Made by a program: the position numbers and the translations under genes. This document shows, one piece after another, positions 11,070-23,400 of a stretch of DNA of 64,000 nucleotides (positions are counted from its first letter, which is position 1; every line of letters starts with the position of its first letter). Under the pieces are notes generated by a model. It saw nothing but the letters and a program-made list of their open reading frames with translations. It ran no database searches and was not told where the DNA came from. This DNA is from Salisapilia sapeloensis CBS 127946. Lineage: Eukaryota > Protista > Oomycota. The DNA is taken from assembly GCA_023334545.1 (NCBI GenBank), contig JAADVB010000020.1:1-64000 (forward strand), given 5' to 3'.

Positions 11070-13493
11070 TTAAGCACCAACGCTTTGTTTAAGTGCATCC
11101 GAAACGGATGTAAGAGATGATAAACTCTGTCGTCGAAATACAAATCTCGCGGTTAAATCGGCTAGAGCATGATTTGGAAACGTTGTTTCGACGGTTATGC
11201 TGACACAATTCTATGCCATTCAAGTCAAGACTTTGTACGAAGGAATGTAAAAATATGGCAGATTCTACCTTGCAAGTGAGTGTGGATGGGTCCTTGACAT
11301 TTCCTAGCGTGGACAAGCAATGCGAGCAGTACGTGTGACCGCATGGAACTAGCGTTATAGGTTCCTCGTACAATTTCATGCACTGTAAGCAAGTAAAGGA
11401 ACTCTCAGATGCTGTTTCAGCAGCTTCAAGCTCTTCCACAGTCTTTTGAAGAGACGATTGTGCTTGCTTTAGTAGATCCACCGTGTTCGGATCAATCTGC
11501 TGAGCTTCCATTGATTTTATATTCTCTCTACATTTCTTTAATTCGCCTTGGGTACTTTGTATCTCAGTGTAAAGCTTATCCACTTGAGCACTTAGCTCCT
11601 TATTTTCATTTCGTAGCATACGCGTTTGGCTTTGGAAAGCTTCCGTCTTGTATTTCCTGGATAAAAGCTTTTGATATTCTTCATCCATCTCGGTGTACGA
11701 TGCCATCAAGCAGTCGTACTCTGTCTGTAGTTCTGCAAGACGAATATTTAAAGCAATATCTGCCGCCGCGTTGGTGCTAGTAGTACTATCTTGCATCTTA
11801 TTCAACTGCTTTTCTAACGTTGCGATCACTATTTTCTTTTCTTCAATTGTCGACTCATTATTGCTGATCTCGGACTCTAAATGCTTTACATTGTCCAAAG
11901 CTTCCCGCAGCTTTGCTTCTACATCGTCCCTTTCTTGTGTCAATATAGTGATTGCTTCGTGGTTAACATCTTTCTGTCGACCAAGCTGTAGAGCTCGTAC
12001 AGTTTCATCTTGAGATAGCAGCTTTATTTTATCTATTTCAGATTCCAACTTTGTGATCTTTTCACGACTCGAGGTGAGTTGAGTCGTCAAATCAACGTTT
12101 GTCTGCATCAATCTTCCCAGTTGAAGATCGCTTTCCATGGTCTTGGAAGCCTCCGTCTCCTCCTGACGATGAAGTCGATCTTTAAGTGTTTCCAGTTCCT
12201 CTATAAAGCTATTTCGCTCGGACTCCAACGCTTCTGTAATCTGCAGCAAAAGTATTGGGATGGGGAGTTAGATATCTCATATCTAGGTTACTATTGTGAG
12301 TGACATACAGCGAGTCGATCGGAAGCTACTCGCTCAGAATTTTCAATCCTTGCGTTCAGCTTTGTACAAGTTTCCTTTGCTGCTTGAAGCTCCTCCATTA
12401 GTTTGGTCAGTCGCTTTTCGAGTGCCCTGTTGGCACGTTGCATCGCAACTTGTGCCCCATTTTCTTCATCTTCTCGGTGCTGAAACTTTTGGAGTTCAGC
12501 TACTTTAGCTTGGACGCTCTCTCTTTCGAAATGCAATTCTTCTTCAAGTTTTTTAATCTGCGCTACTAATAGCATCTCTCTTGATTGCAAAGTTCGTAGG
12601 TCTGTCTCGACTTTGTGAATCTCTCTACGCTCAGCACGTACTTCTTCATCACGTTTCTACTCCACATGCAGCTTTAAACTAAGGTAGATTGCAAGTTATT
12701 ATGAAATTAAATACTTTCAGTTCTTGTACAGCGGCTTTTAAGCTCAAGATAATGGACGACTGCGTCTCAAGCGTATGACGGGAAGAGGTGAGCTCGTCAT
12801 TAATTCGCTGCTTTTCATCACGCAATTGTATCTTTGTCTTTTGCAATTCTTCTTGACTGTTCTCGAGACTTTGGATTTGCTGTATGAGCCTTTTGTTACT
12901 CGTCGACAAATCCTTATTCCGATTTTCCACCTCTAGTATCTACTCGCAGAGAATGCATCTCCCGATAAGCATGGAAAGGAGGCAGATATAACAAAGTGGT
13001 ACCTTTCGCTGATACGATATCTCTAGTTGTGTTTGCTGTTGGATTAAAGCTGATGGTATTTGTGGAAGATAAACTTCTTTCTTCTTATTCTCTACTTTAG
13101 GTTGCGTCTCGATTTTCTCAGTTTGCTCCTTGGGAGCAGGCTCAGCAGTCTGTAAGGCCTCTATTGAACCATGGTAACGTAGCGCAAACTACCTATCAAT
13201 TTAATCCTACCTTGCAATTTGGAGATGTCCTCATTCAACTTCTCAATTTCTTTCGCTAGCTTTGCATTAAGCTCTTTCTCTTGCTTATTGCAAGCCGCCA
13301 AAGTCTTTATATTCCGTTCGAAACCACTGCCATCATTTGGCTCTTTCCTATTGATACCCACATGTGCAATCTGACTAGCATTTTTACGTCCCGGTCTACG
13401 AGTCCCACTCTCCGGACGACGTACACCAGGAACAGTCGGCTTCAGTGGGTACTCTGCTGCTCGCACTTCACTCTCGCCTTGCTCTACTTGCAT
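11070..13493 (-). CDS. Long coiled-coil protein with C-terminal RING finger (putative E3 ligase), multi-exon
   Basis: Coiled-coil ORF fragments (13161-13493, 12679-12930, 12291-12590, 11089-12249) separated by short GT-AG gaps; CLQC..PCGHTYCSHC..CK RING motif; last exon ends SVGA-TAA at 11070. Confidence 0.75.
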
Positions 13494-13595
13494 TGAGGTG
13501 TCAATGCCGTTTCACAGTACTGCCGCTATCTTTTCTTTGACTGCCGCTATCTTTACACCATATCGAGCAAACAACGAAAGAAACTCTCGGACGCC

Positions 13596-15140
13596 ATGTC
13601 CTCCTCGGAGCTGGTGGTTTCTGATAGGAAAAATGGAGAGCTCGTGGCAGCAGCTCAAAAGGCAGAGGAACAGGAAGACTTGCCAGTTGACTTGAGCCAA
13701 TTGCCACATATTCCGATGAGCAAAACCTTGCTCTTGGTCACCAACTTTGTCTCGAATACGACACGCTTTCTCAATCATTTTGCTAACGAATGTGAAGAAC
13801 GCATTGGCAAAGTCTCATCAGACCTCACAAGAGTCGAGATTCTATTGGCAATCCTTGAAGCCAAGCTGAATAGTGTCTCCGATCTGGATGTGACCGACAA
13901 GGATGTTGAAGCTGCTGGAAGGACAATGCGAGGAGAAGGACCTTCTGCTGCAGACGAGGTGGATATCGGCATTGACGACGCAGATCTGCCATCAGCAGAC
14001 GCAGATGTAAACCCACCGCCCCCACCTCCACCTCCAGAGTCCGAGATGGGTGACTTTGATAGTGAATCCAACGCCCTTGTTGTGCCCCCGCCACCACCTT
14101 CAGGTCCACCTACAGACGACGAGGATAATGACTATCTGGCTATTGAACCAGTGGAAGAGGAGAGTGGATCAGACAGCTCTGACGAGGAAGACGAAGACAA
14201 TAGTTCTGTCGTGAAGCTTAAAGATGACCCTCTCTACGCCAAGTACGTCCTACATCAGAGGCAATCGTGGCATTTTTATTTATTCTATCTGCTAGATACT
14301 TTACGATGCGTCGCCTGGGTATTCCGGAACAAGCCATTCAGGACAAGTTAAAGATGGATGGACTAGATCCGAGCATCCTCACGTACTCTCTCATCCAGTA
14401 TCTTTGCTACTCTATAAGACTTACACGTGCTGTAGAATGGATCCCGATGGCCCATCTCCATCCGGCGCGACGACGACGAACGATGGGGGAGAAGGCGGAC
14501 CGGTATTGCCGATCGCTGCTCCGCCTCCTCCTTCAGACACTGCGTCTGAGATGTCCGATGATAACCAACCAAGAACATCGGTTGAGTCCGGTAACATTGG
14601 CATGCCATTCCCGCCTCCACCTCCGCCAGACTCACCTACTGTTTGTGTTTATTCGATTATACATGCACATGTAGCTAACTTTTTGTATCCTAGTCGTCTG
14701 TGACCTCTTCCCAACGTGGTGCAGCATCCTTATTCGGTGACGGAGCACCTCCACCGCCTCCCCCACCACCATTACCAGAAGGATCTGAGTCCGATTCAGA
14801 TGACTCGAGTGATTCCTCGAGTGAAGAGGAAGCTAGTCACCATGAGGGGTACAAGGAACCATCTGAAGATGAAGATACGGGTGGTGTGATGAAACTCAAG
14901 GACGATCCGGCGTACGAAAAGTACTTTAAGATGCGGAAACTGGGTATGCCGGACGGTGCCATCCAGCAAAAGATGATGCTCGATGGCGTGACGGAAGACA
15001 TATTGAATATGGATCCAGAAGGACCTTCTCCTAATGCACAAGGTGGAACTGCATCGTCCAGTACAGCTCCTCCGTCCGGTGGATTGCCACCACCACCGAA
15101 GCGACAAGAGGACTCGGATGATGATTTTGACTCGGACTAA
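13596..15140 (+). CDS. WASHC3: WASH complex subunit 3 (CCDC53) homolog, multi-exon
   Basis: VDLSQLPHIPMSKTLLLVTNFVSNTTRFLNHFANECEERI..LEAKLNSV matches the CCDC53 N-terminus; polyproline/acidic linker; two KDDPxYxKYFxMRxLG modules. Confidence 0.85.
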
Positions 15141-15200
15141 GTAGAAACAACGCTTGATGATCCATGTAGCTATCTTTTCACTTCTAGACTTCAAATCCTT

Positions 15201-15217
15201 TCTCATTTTCCAATCGA
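15201..15217 (+). promoter_or_regulatory. Oomycete-type Inr-like core promoter element
   Basis: TCTCATTTTCCAATCGA just upstream of the SDR1 ATG (15224) resembles the oomycete YCATTYY initiator. Confidence 0.45.
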
Positions 15218-15223
15218 TCGAAT

Positions 15224-16027
15224 ATGACGAAGACAGTATTTGTGGCAGGTTCGAACAAGGGTCTTGGTCTTGGCTTTGTCAAGCACTACATGAACCAAGG
15301 CTGTAACGTGATTGCTACTGCCCGTAATGTTGAGCAGGCGCATGACGTATAGATTTCTTCGCTTATACTACTCTTTCGACAATGACAGGCTGACGTATGG
15401 CCACGTAGTTGAAAGCGTTGAACCCGTGGAAGGTACTGACGCTCGATACGAGCAACGAAGAGTCAATCCTTGCGGCCGCTAAGGAAGTCGAGGGCGTGCC
15501 GATTGACATCTTGATTAACAACGCTGGCATTGGCTTGCAGACAACGCTCGAAGAAGGCACGAAGGAGCAAATTATGCAGCAGTTCGAAGTCAACGCAGTT
15601 GGTCCGTTCCTCATGACGCGTGCACTCTTGTCTAACTTAAAGCTCGCGGTCAAGGAGCATGGCTTTGCCATCGCGTCCCACGTGACGTCCCGTATGGGCA
15701 GTATCGAAGACAACGACTCTGGTATGCTTTCTACCTATTATTTCTCTAAGATGAAAGCTAATGCCCACACTAGGTAGTCACTATGGCTACCGCGCTAGCA
15801 AGACCGCTTTGAATATGATCAACAAGTCTCTGAGTGTCGACCTCAAGGACGAGAAGATCTCGTGCATTCTTCTCCACCCTGGATTTGTTCGTACGGACAT
15901 TACGAATGGCAACGGATTGGTCGATGTACCGGAAAGTGTCGAAGGAATGACGTCCATCTTGGACAAAGCTACGATGGAGAACACGGGCAAGTACTACCAC
16001 TTCAAGGGTGAAGAGCTCCCGTGGTAA
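15224..16027 (+). CDS. Short-chain dehydrogenase, CsgA/C-factor-like, copy 1 (introns 15347-15408 and 15722-15773)
   Basis: AGSNKGLGLG Rossmann motif, LINNAG, SRMGS, YGYRASK catalytic motif, LHPGFVRT, ends EELPW. Confidence 0.9.
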
Positions 16028-16325
16028 TCTGGTCTACAAAGATCTATGAAATAAAAAACAAAAGGCCGATGTTGGACTTTACTTGAGTTAGTCTCCATTC
16101 CAAGTGTGTGCTTATATCGCTAGTACACATTGCTTTCTCGTCTAAAAGATACTTCCATGCCGAATGACCAGAATCTTTCGGCGAAAAAGTAGAATGAGTT
16201 TTCTACGACCAGCTTTTCCATGTTGACATCATCATGACGAAGAATGAAGAGCTTCGGTGGGTACGAAAATATTCGACAGACGGAGTAGCTTTCGCTCGAT
16301 CCTGGATCACAATCGATTTTTCATC

Positions 16326-17074
16326 ATGGTAGGCAAGACAGTACTCATTTCCGGTGCAAACCGTGGACTCGGCCTCGGCCTCGCGAAACACTACGTTTCC
16401 AACGGATGGCAAGTCATCGCCACTGCTCGCAACCCGGACAAAGCCGATGAGGTATGCTTATATCTTTATATATTCCAGTATCCTGTGTCTAAACTAGCAT
16501 GCAATAGCTAAAGAAACTGAACCCGTGGAAGCTACTTCCTCTTGACACGAGTGATGAAGCTTCGATCAGCAACCTTGCAAGCAGTCTGAAGGATATCCCG
16601 ATTGATGTCCTTATCAACAACTCTGGCATTATGAACCCGTTGAGTCTTCACGACACGACCAAGGACGAAATGATCCGTCACTTTGAAGTCAATGTTGTCG
16701 GAGCCTTTTTGATGACTCGCGCTTTGTTGCCAAACTTAAAGCTCTCCGTCAAGCAAAATGGTACAGCAATTGCAGCTCAAATGAGCTCCCGAGCTGGAAG
16801 CATTGGCGACAATGGCAGTGGCTCCAATTACAGCTACCGCGCTAGCAAGAGCGCCTTAAACATGATCCAGAAATCGCTGAGTGTCGATTTGAAGGACGAA
16901 AAGATCACTTGCCTCTCGCTTCATCCTGGCTTTGTAAACACTGACATGACGAAGCATCAAGGCATGATTGACGTGCCCGAGAGCGTGGAAGGCTTGACGT
17001 CGATCTTGGACAAGGCGACGTTTGAAGATACGGGTAAGTTCTTCCACTACAAGGGCGAAGAGCTTCCGTGGTAA
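16326..17074 (+). CDS. Short-chain dehydrogenase, CsgA-like, copy 2 (intron 16452-16507)
   Basis: ISGANRGLGLG, LINNSG, YSYRASK, LHPGFVNT, ends EELPW. Confidence 0.9.
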
Positions 17075-17265
17075 CTTGGCACCCACGGCAGTCAATCAAA
17101 CGAGCGAAGCAATCTTTTTAATTCAACTATCTCTTTCCCATACGTCAAGATTTCCATTAAGATCTTGTTATAAATTTTTTGATGGATGTCTACTTTCGAT
17201 ATGTTTATGTAATCCAAATTTCCATCGTCGGGAGCTACGATCCTGCTCACAATCGAATTAGCGGC

Positions 17266-17958
17266 ATGACAGGCAAGACAGTATTGATCGCTGGCGCTAC
17301 GCGTGGCATTGGTCTCGGACTCGCGCAACATTACAAGAAGCAAGGATGGAACGTCCTGGCGACAGCTCGCAATGTGGACGGTGCGAGTGACTTGAAATCG
17401 CTTGGTCCAGCAAAACTTTTGCCTCTGGACACGACTGACGAGCAGTCCATTACGAAGTTGGCGGAGTCGCTAAAGGGACAGCCAATTGATGTGCTTATTA
17501 ATTGTGCCGGCTACATGAACCCGCTTGGATTGCAGGAAACGACGAAAGAGGAACTCATGCGCCACTTTGATGTGAACGCTGTCGGTCCATTCTTAATGAC
17601 ACGTGCATTGCTTCCGAATCTGAAGGAAGCAGTGAAAAGCAATGGAAGCTCCTTTGTATTCCAAGTCACGTCACGCATGGGATCCATCGCGGACAATGGA
17701 TCTGGTGGCAACTACAGCTACCGTGCTTCCAAATCGTCATTAAATATGCTTAACAAAAGCTTAAGTGTCGATTTGAAGGACGAAAAGATTGGCTGCGTCC
17801 TTCTGCATCCTGGAGCCGTCCGTACGGAGATGACTCAGAACCAAGGACTCGTGGACGTCGATGAAAGTGTGGAAGGCCTCACAAAGATCATCGCGGATGC
17901 GACGCTAGAAGACAATGGCAAATTCTATCATTTCAAGGGTGAAGAACTGCCTTGGTAA
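17266..17958 (+). CDS. Short-chain dehydrogenase, CsgA-like, copy 3 (intronless)
   Basis: IAGATRGIGLG, LINCAG, YSYRASK, LHPGAVRT, ends EELPW; single ORF. Confidence 0.9.
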   Translation: MTGKTVLIAGATRGIGLGLAQHYKKQGWNVLATARNVDGASDLKSLGPAKLLPLDTTDEQSITKLAESLKGQPIDVLINCAGYMNPLGLQETTKEELMRHFDVNAVGPFLMTRALLPNLKEAVKSNGSSFVFQVTSRMGSIADNGSGGNYSYRASKSSLNMLNKSLSVDLKDEKIGCVLLHPGAVRTEMTQNQGLVDVDESVEGLTKIIADATLEDNGKFYHFKGEELPW

Positions 17959-18237
17959 GTTATCGAGACTACGCAGTTTCACCAGAAGTTGAAACAAAGA
18001 TAACCATTTCTCTTATACTTGATATAAAGTGTCTACCGCACATGTGTTCATGCTTTGCTCTATCCATTCGTACATTTCTTACGATAAGGATGAAAGTGCT
18101 ATGATTTCCTATGCTCAAGCAAGTGGTCCACTACAAGGACAAGAATGTCAAAATAGCTTCAATAATATTGAAAAAGCTTCAAGGCAGCTTCAATATGAGT
18201 ACAAGGTGAAACCGACTTAAGGCCTATTGTTGACAAG

Positions 18238-20440
18238 ATGGATCGACAAGAAGAGAAATTGAATCACTTGCGTGATCCCACTCGCGATGAGCTCCATTCT
18301 GGACCCACAAGAGAAAAGTTACCGGAGGAAATACAACAAATGCCAGAGGAAGACACTGCTTGCTCCTTTTGTGGTGTCAGCTATTTTATCTTTGCCGAAG
18401 TGCAGGACTTAAAGAAGGTTGTGAAGCAATACAAGATCATATTTAATGTATACGAGTATTGTAAGATGCCTGGATATCCATGTCACTATAACTTTATTGT
18501 AGAGGTTTATGGATTTCACAAAGCGGGAACGATGTATTGCCAAAGAGCTTCGAGATGAAGTTGCACGAATGCAGACTGTATTTGATGCGTTGGTAGCATC
18601 CGTTAGAGAAGAGAATAAAAAGATAAGTTCAAAATATAATCAACTCCATGAAAAATATCGTGGTGACAAGGACAGAGTCAACAGCATGGAAGTAGAGCTC
18701 GAAAGGGCGAAAGAAATGGCATCAACAGCGCAAAGCCGCTGTACACAGCTCTTAGATGAAGTCAAGGCATCAACTTTCATAACGGAACAAAAGCTTCGAA
18801 ATGAGGCTATACACGCTACAATTCTTTTGGAAAAATCAAAGAGTGAGTCAAAAGCTCAGATCCAGCAGCTTGAAAAGGAAGTCAACGAGAAAGCTGCACA
18901 AATACAACAACTCGAGGCTTCGTATCAAGAAGCACAGAAAACATGGAGCACTACAGAAAGACAGCGTATTACGGAGCGTGATGAGCTAAAACAGCGTTTG
19001 CAGGGCGCACTCGAAGCTGTGGAAATTTCCAAAGGGTCAATACAAACCCTGTCAGAACAATTGGAAGCCATAAAGGTGAACTTGTCGGAAGTGGTAGCTG
19101 AAAATGAAAGGGAAAGAGCTACGAACGAAGACCTGTCCATGCAAGTGGCAGATCTAGCAGCTCAAATACACATCTTGCAACAGCATAATGCTAAGCTTGA
19201 GAAAGCAAAAAATGATAAATTAGCTGAAGAGTTAGAGTCTAGAGCTTGTATACAGCAGCTAAAGAAGGATATAGCAGTATGGGAAGCAAAGTTTCAACAG
19301 CATGTTCAGCACGGAGAGGATTCGAATAAAATGTACACTCAGCAACTAGCAGATACACGGCAATCCCATTCTGTTGAAATTCAGCAAATGCAGCAAACAC
19401 ACGAGAAAGCTATTGTGGAGCTGAAGCGAGCTCAAGAAGAATATGTTGATGGATTGAAAAAGGAACTTATTGCTTTAAAGGAAAAAATGGAGAGAGCAAG
19501 ACTAGACAAAGAATTGAAAGTATGGCACTGTACATTCGATAATTGCATATACTCAAACCGGCGTATTGTAGTAACCTCGAATTAAATTTGCAGATTGAAG
19601 AAGCAAGGAAGATCGAAATACAGCTTCGAGAAGAGATAGATGTCGTGAAGACATCGCTCAAGGTATTGATAGATCTCGTGACTATTTGCTTCTATCTAGC
19701 TTGCTTAATGTCTATGCGCACTACAGTTATTTGAAAGAGATAAAGTTACTTCTCGACAGCGCATGCAAGTACTGCAATCCAAGATAAATGAACTGGGTGC
19801 CCGCAATGTCAGTTTTGTTGTGATTTACATGTGGCCTACCAGTACTTATCATCACTGCGTAGGAGGAACTAGAGCAAAAAGCACATGCACTGGAAAGCAC
19901 GACCGATGGGAAGGATGAAGACATTAAACGGCGTGAAAAGGATTTAAAAGAACACATTCGGCACGCTCAAGAGGAGACATCAAGATGTCAATCTGAAGTA
20001 AAACGCTTACGAAAGCAACTTGAGGACAATCAGCTACTTGTTTCGAAATTAACTGCTGAAGCAAGTGCTAAGCCGGAGATAATGAAGTCTGACGACGGTA
20101 CAGATGACCTTCGGGCTCAATTGGAAGCCAAGGAAAAGGTAGTCGTTCATACTTTTTCAGCTTGATACGATTCTAATACATTGTAAAATAGGAGGTCGCT
20201 ACACTCAGGCACACCGTTCATAAAGAGTGCCTAGAGCGGACACTCTTGCTAGAGCAGTTACGAGGACAAAATCTTCAGCCGGGTCAAATGAAACGATCCA
20301 TCGCTTCTACTAACCAGAACGGAGATGACAATGCTAGTGGGCTGGCGAATACAGAACAATCAAATAGCCCAGCAAAAGCTACATTGTATGAAAAGCTACG
20401 GAAATCTGGCCGTCGAAAAGGCCGCGCCGCCCATGGATGA
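18238..20440 (+). CDS. LEKR1: LEKR1-like coiled-coil protein, multi-exon
   Basis: N-terminal LPEEIQQMPEEDTACSFCGVSYFIFAEV closely resembles the LEKR1 motif LPEEIQKM..VCKYCGVSYLILHE; the rest is E/K/L-rich coiled coil. Confidence 0.7.
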
Positions 20441-20499
20441 AATGTAGTCAATAAGACAACAAGAAGACTGTGGTCTAACACAAAAAATCTTTTGATTAT

Positions 20500-23400
20500 T
20501 TACACATATGTTCCCTTATCTGTATTCGTAGATGCGTTTTCGTCCGCTTCGTCCTCGCTCGCACTACTGTCGTCATCAATCCAGTATTTAACACTACCTT
20601 GCATAATCCTTGCAATGCGTTCTGTTTCCGAGTCCTGCTTGGATGATCGCTGAGCCGGTGGTAAGTCGTCGAAGAATGACTCGAGTGATAAAGACAACTC
20701 GCTATCACTGTTCGATGCAATACCACTCCCTCCTGCATTCCTTACACTAATGGACTCACCACTACTGTGCTCACTTGAAGCGACAGCATTTGTGTCTTCG
20801 ATCCTCTTCGTTTCCTCACAGTCTCGCAACTTCCCCGCGGCTTGGTTTTGATTGATGCTCTCACCATACTGGGTCGCTGGAATCTCTTCTGGCTGAGTCG
20901 ACAACAACTCGGCTTCGGGTGTATCTGGTAGTCTGACATGACTGTTTGAGGTCTTGGTAATAACTTGCGCTGCTTCAGTCTCACTTTGCTCTACGATAAG
21001 ATCCATGCTTTCTTCCTCTTTGCCTTCTAGACTTTCTTCATCCGCTTGTTTCTCCTCATCATCCACAGAAGGTGTTGCTTGTGTTTCTTTCACAGCATCT
21101 TCTGCAGCTTGCATTGCTTTCTGGCTACGAAGGTCACTACAAGCTTCTCGAATGTCGCGCAGGAGATCGCAAATGAGATCAAACTTGTCACTCGTTACAG
21201 TATACCTCTCCACGGTAGCTCCTTGTGCTTCAATGTTACCGTCTTGATGGTGTCCTCTTTCTGCAGCGTTTCCGACACCTCTATTCAGGTCGTGTTGACT
21301 AGCATTGTACAGACTTCGTGTAGAGTCACCATGAAAATGCTGGGGATCATGAATCCAACGCCCGATTGAAGCATCGTAGTGATCAGCAAGATCAATGAGC
21401 TCCAACGTCTGTGTAAACTGACTGGTAGACACATCCATAGGCACCTCCCCTCTTGGTGGTAAGTTCTCTGCATACGAGTCTACACTTCCACCTTCGCTTG
21501 AAAAGTCTTCAGGTGGAAAATCAGCAGGGTCTACCTGTGTTGACTTGTCAACAAACTGCGGTGTTTCTGCTTCGATTTGATCCGTTCCTGTATCCTCTCC
21601 AGCTCCAGTTGTGATCATAAGATGATAGGCAAATCCACTCGTCGGAATAGCTTGTGCGTTTGCCACTGCTCCTGTACACTGCGTCTGAGCAATTTCTTTA
21701 CATTCAAAATCATCTCGTGCAATTTCGCCTGACGCTCGAAGAGAACAATCGTCACTTTTCTCATCACTTTCGGAGATTCGTGTCAGCGGTATTGTACGTG
21801 TCAACACACTCAGTGTTAGCTCAGGTGTTTCCTGTTGGACTTCAGTTTGCACTTCAGGGCTTCTAGCCTCTGGACTATTTACAGAAGTTACATGTGGCGT
21901 CGAAATGCTTGCGGCACTACAATCATCCACGTTCTTATTTACCTCTGTCTTGTCCTCATCAGCCCTAGCAGATTCGCCGGACATATTCGGTCCATTGCTA
22001 GCATTACTTTCGAGTTCAGATTGTCGGCTACTAGCAAAAGACGCCCTTGTGGAACTCAGGTCTCCATACGAGAGACCGGCACCGACATTCGATTCTGAGC
22101 TTACCATCTTCGCTAACGGAGGTATTGGAGCCTGCCTACCTCGATTAGAATCATCCTGTAAGTCACTTTGCTTGAGTGTATTCTGAAGATCCACTCCATC
22201 AAGTCCCCGACTGACATCAACAAAATTGTGCATTGTCGTGGCATGCTCTTGTGTTGGAGGCACGAGTCTTGGTGGTGACTGATCCTCGTCACTACTATCA
22301 CTATCAAAAGAAGGTGAAGCCATCTCATGAATATGAAGGGAGTTCGGTGTGACTGGTCCTCTACGTGTAGTGTCAAAACACATCTCTGTCTCCTCCTCTT
22401 CCTCTGTTTGGTCATCATCATACAAGCGCAGTGGTGACACAAGTGTCGTTTGTGCCAGCGATGCATCATGATAAGCAGAGTCAGCAACAGTTCGGACGGA
22501 ATCCGAAGCCGAAGGACCTATAGAAACTGCCGCTTGATCCAACTCACTTGTTGTTGACGCTGTTTCTCGCCCGACAGAATTGTGCTCTTGAGCTGGCGCA
22601 TCCTCATTGCTCTCATCTTGAGTCGCAGTCGGGGTTTCATTCGCCAAAGATATATTGTCGGTCACGTTTGCAGACGTCCACTGCCCGTACGCATTCAGAG
22701 ACGATGACAGATGTCCCAAGCTCGCCTGAATATCACTCGCTACGTGCTGGATACTGGTGAAATCACGTTCATTAATGTGAGATGCATCACCTCTCTGGAA
22801 AGGCAAGTTATCATGTACGGACGGTGTTTGATCTACTTCTGCTGTTGACATAACGCTTTCATCCTTCTGAGTTTCTACCACTCTCACCAGCACTTCCACC
22901 TGTCCTCTGGCAATTTCATTGTCATCATACACATGGTACCACCCGTGTATTTCCTGCCATCGGTTCTTTAACAGTGCTAAGTCAATAGATGCTTTCCCAA
23001 TAAATGTCGACGATTGGACTCCAGATGCATTTGCACGAGAAGATCGATACTTTTCAGCAAGAGGTGATGATAATGCATGAGTAGAATCGTGGCCAATGTG
23101 AACGATAAGACGGTAGGTATCGAATGAAGTTTTAGGCGTCGGGTATCTACAATGGTGCTCCCAACATGGCGAAGTCCCTTGGAAAACTGCTGTCACTCTG
23201 CTAGTCTGGGCACCTGCCATGGGTGAGAGAGATATGCCATCATCTTGTACTGAGATCACAGCAAAAGTACTTGGCATTTCCGTCTCGATATCCTCCAGTA
23301 TCAAATTATACGCTCGGATAACTTGAATCTAAATATGCAACACGACAAAGCAAGAGCACATCAACGTTAGTCGATAGTTATGCACAGAAATATGGCGTAG

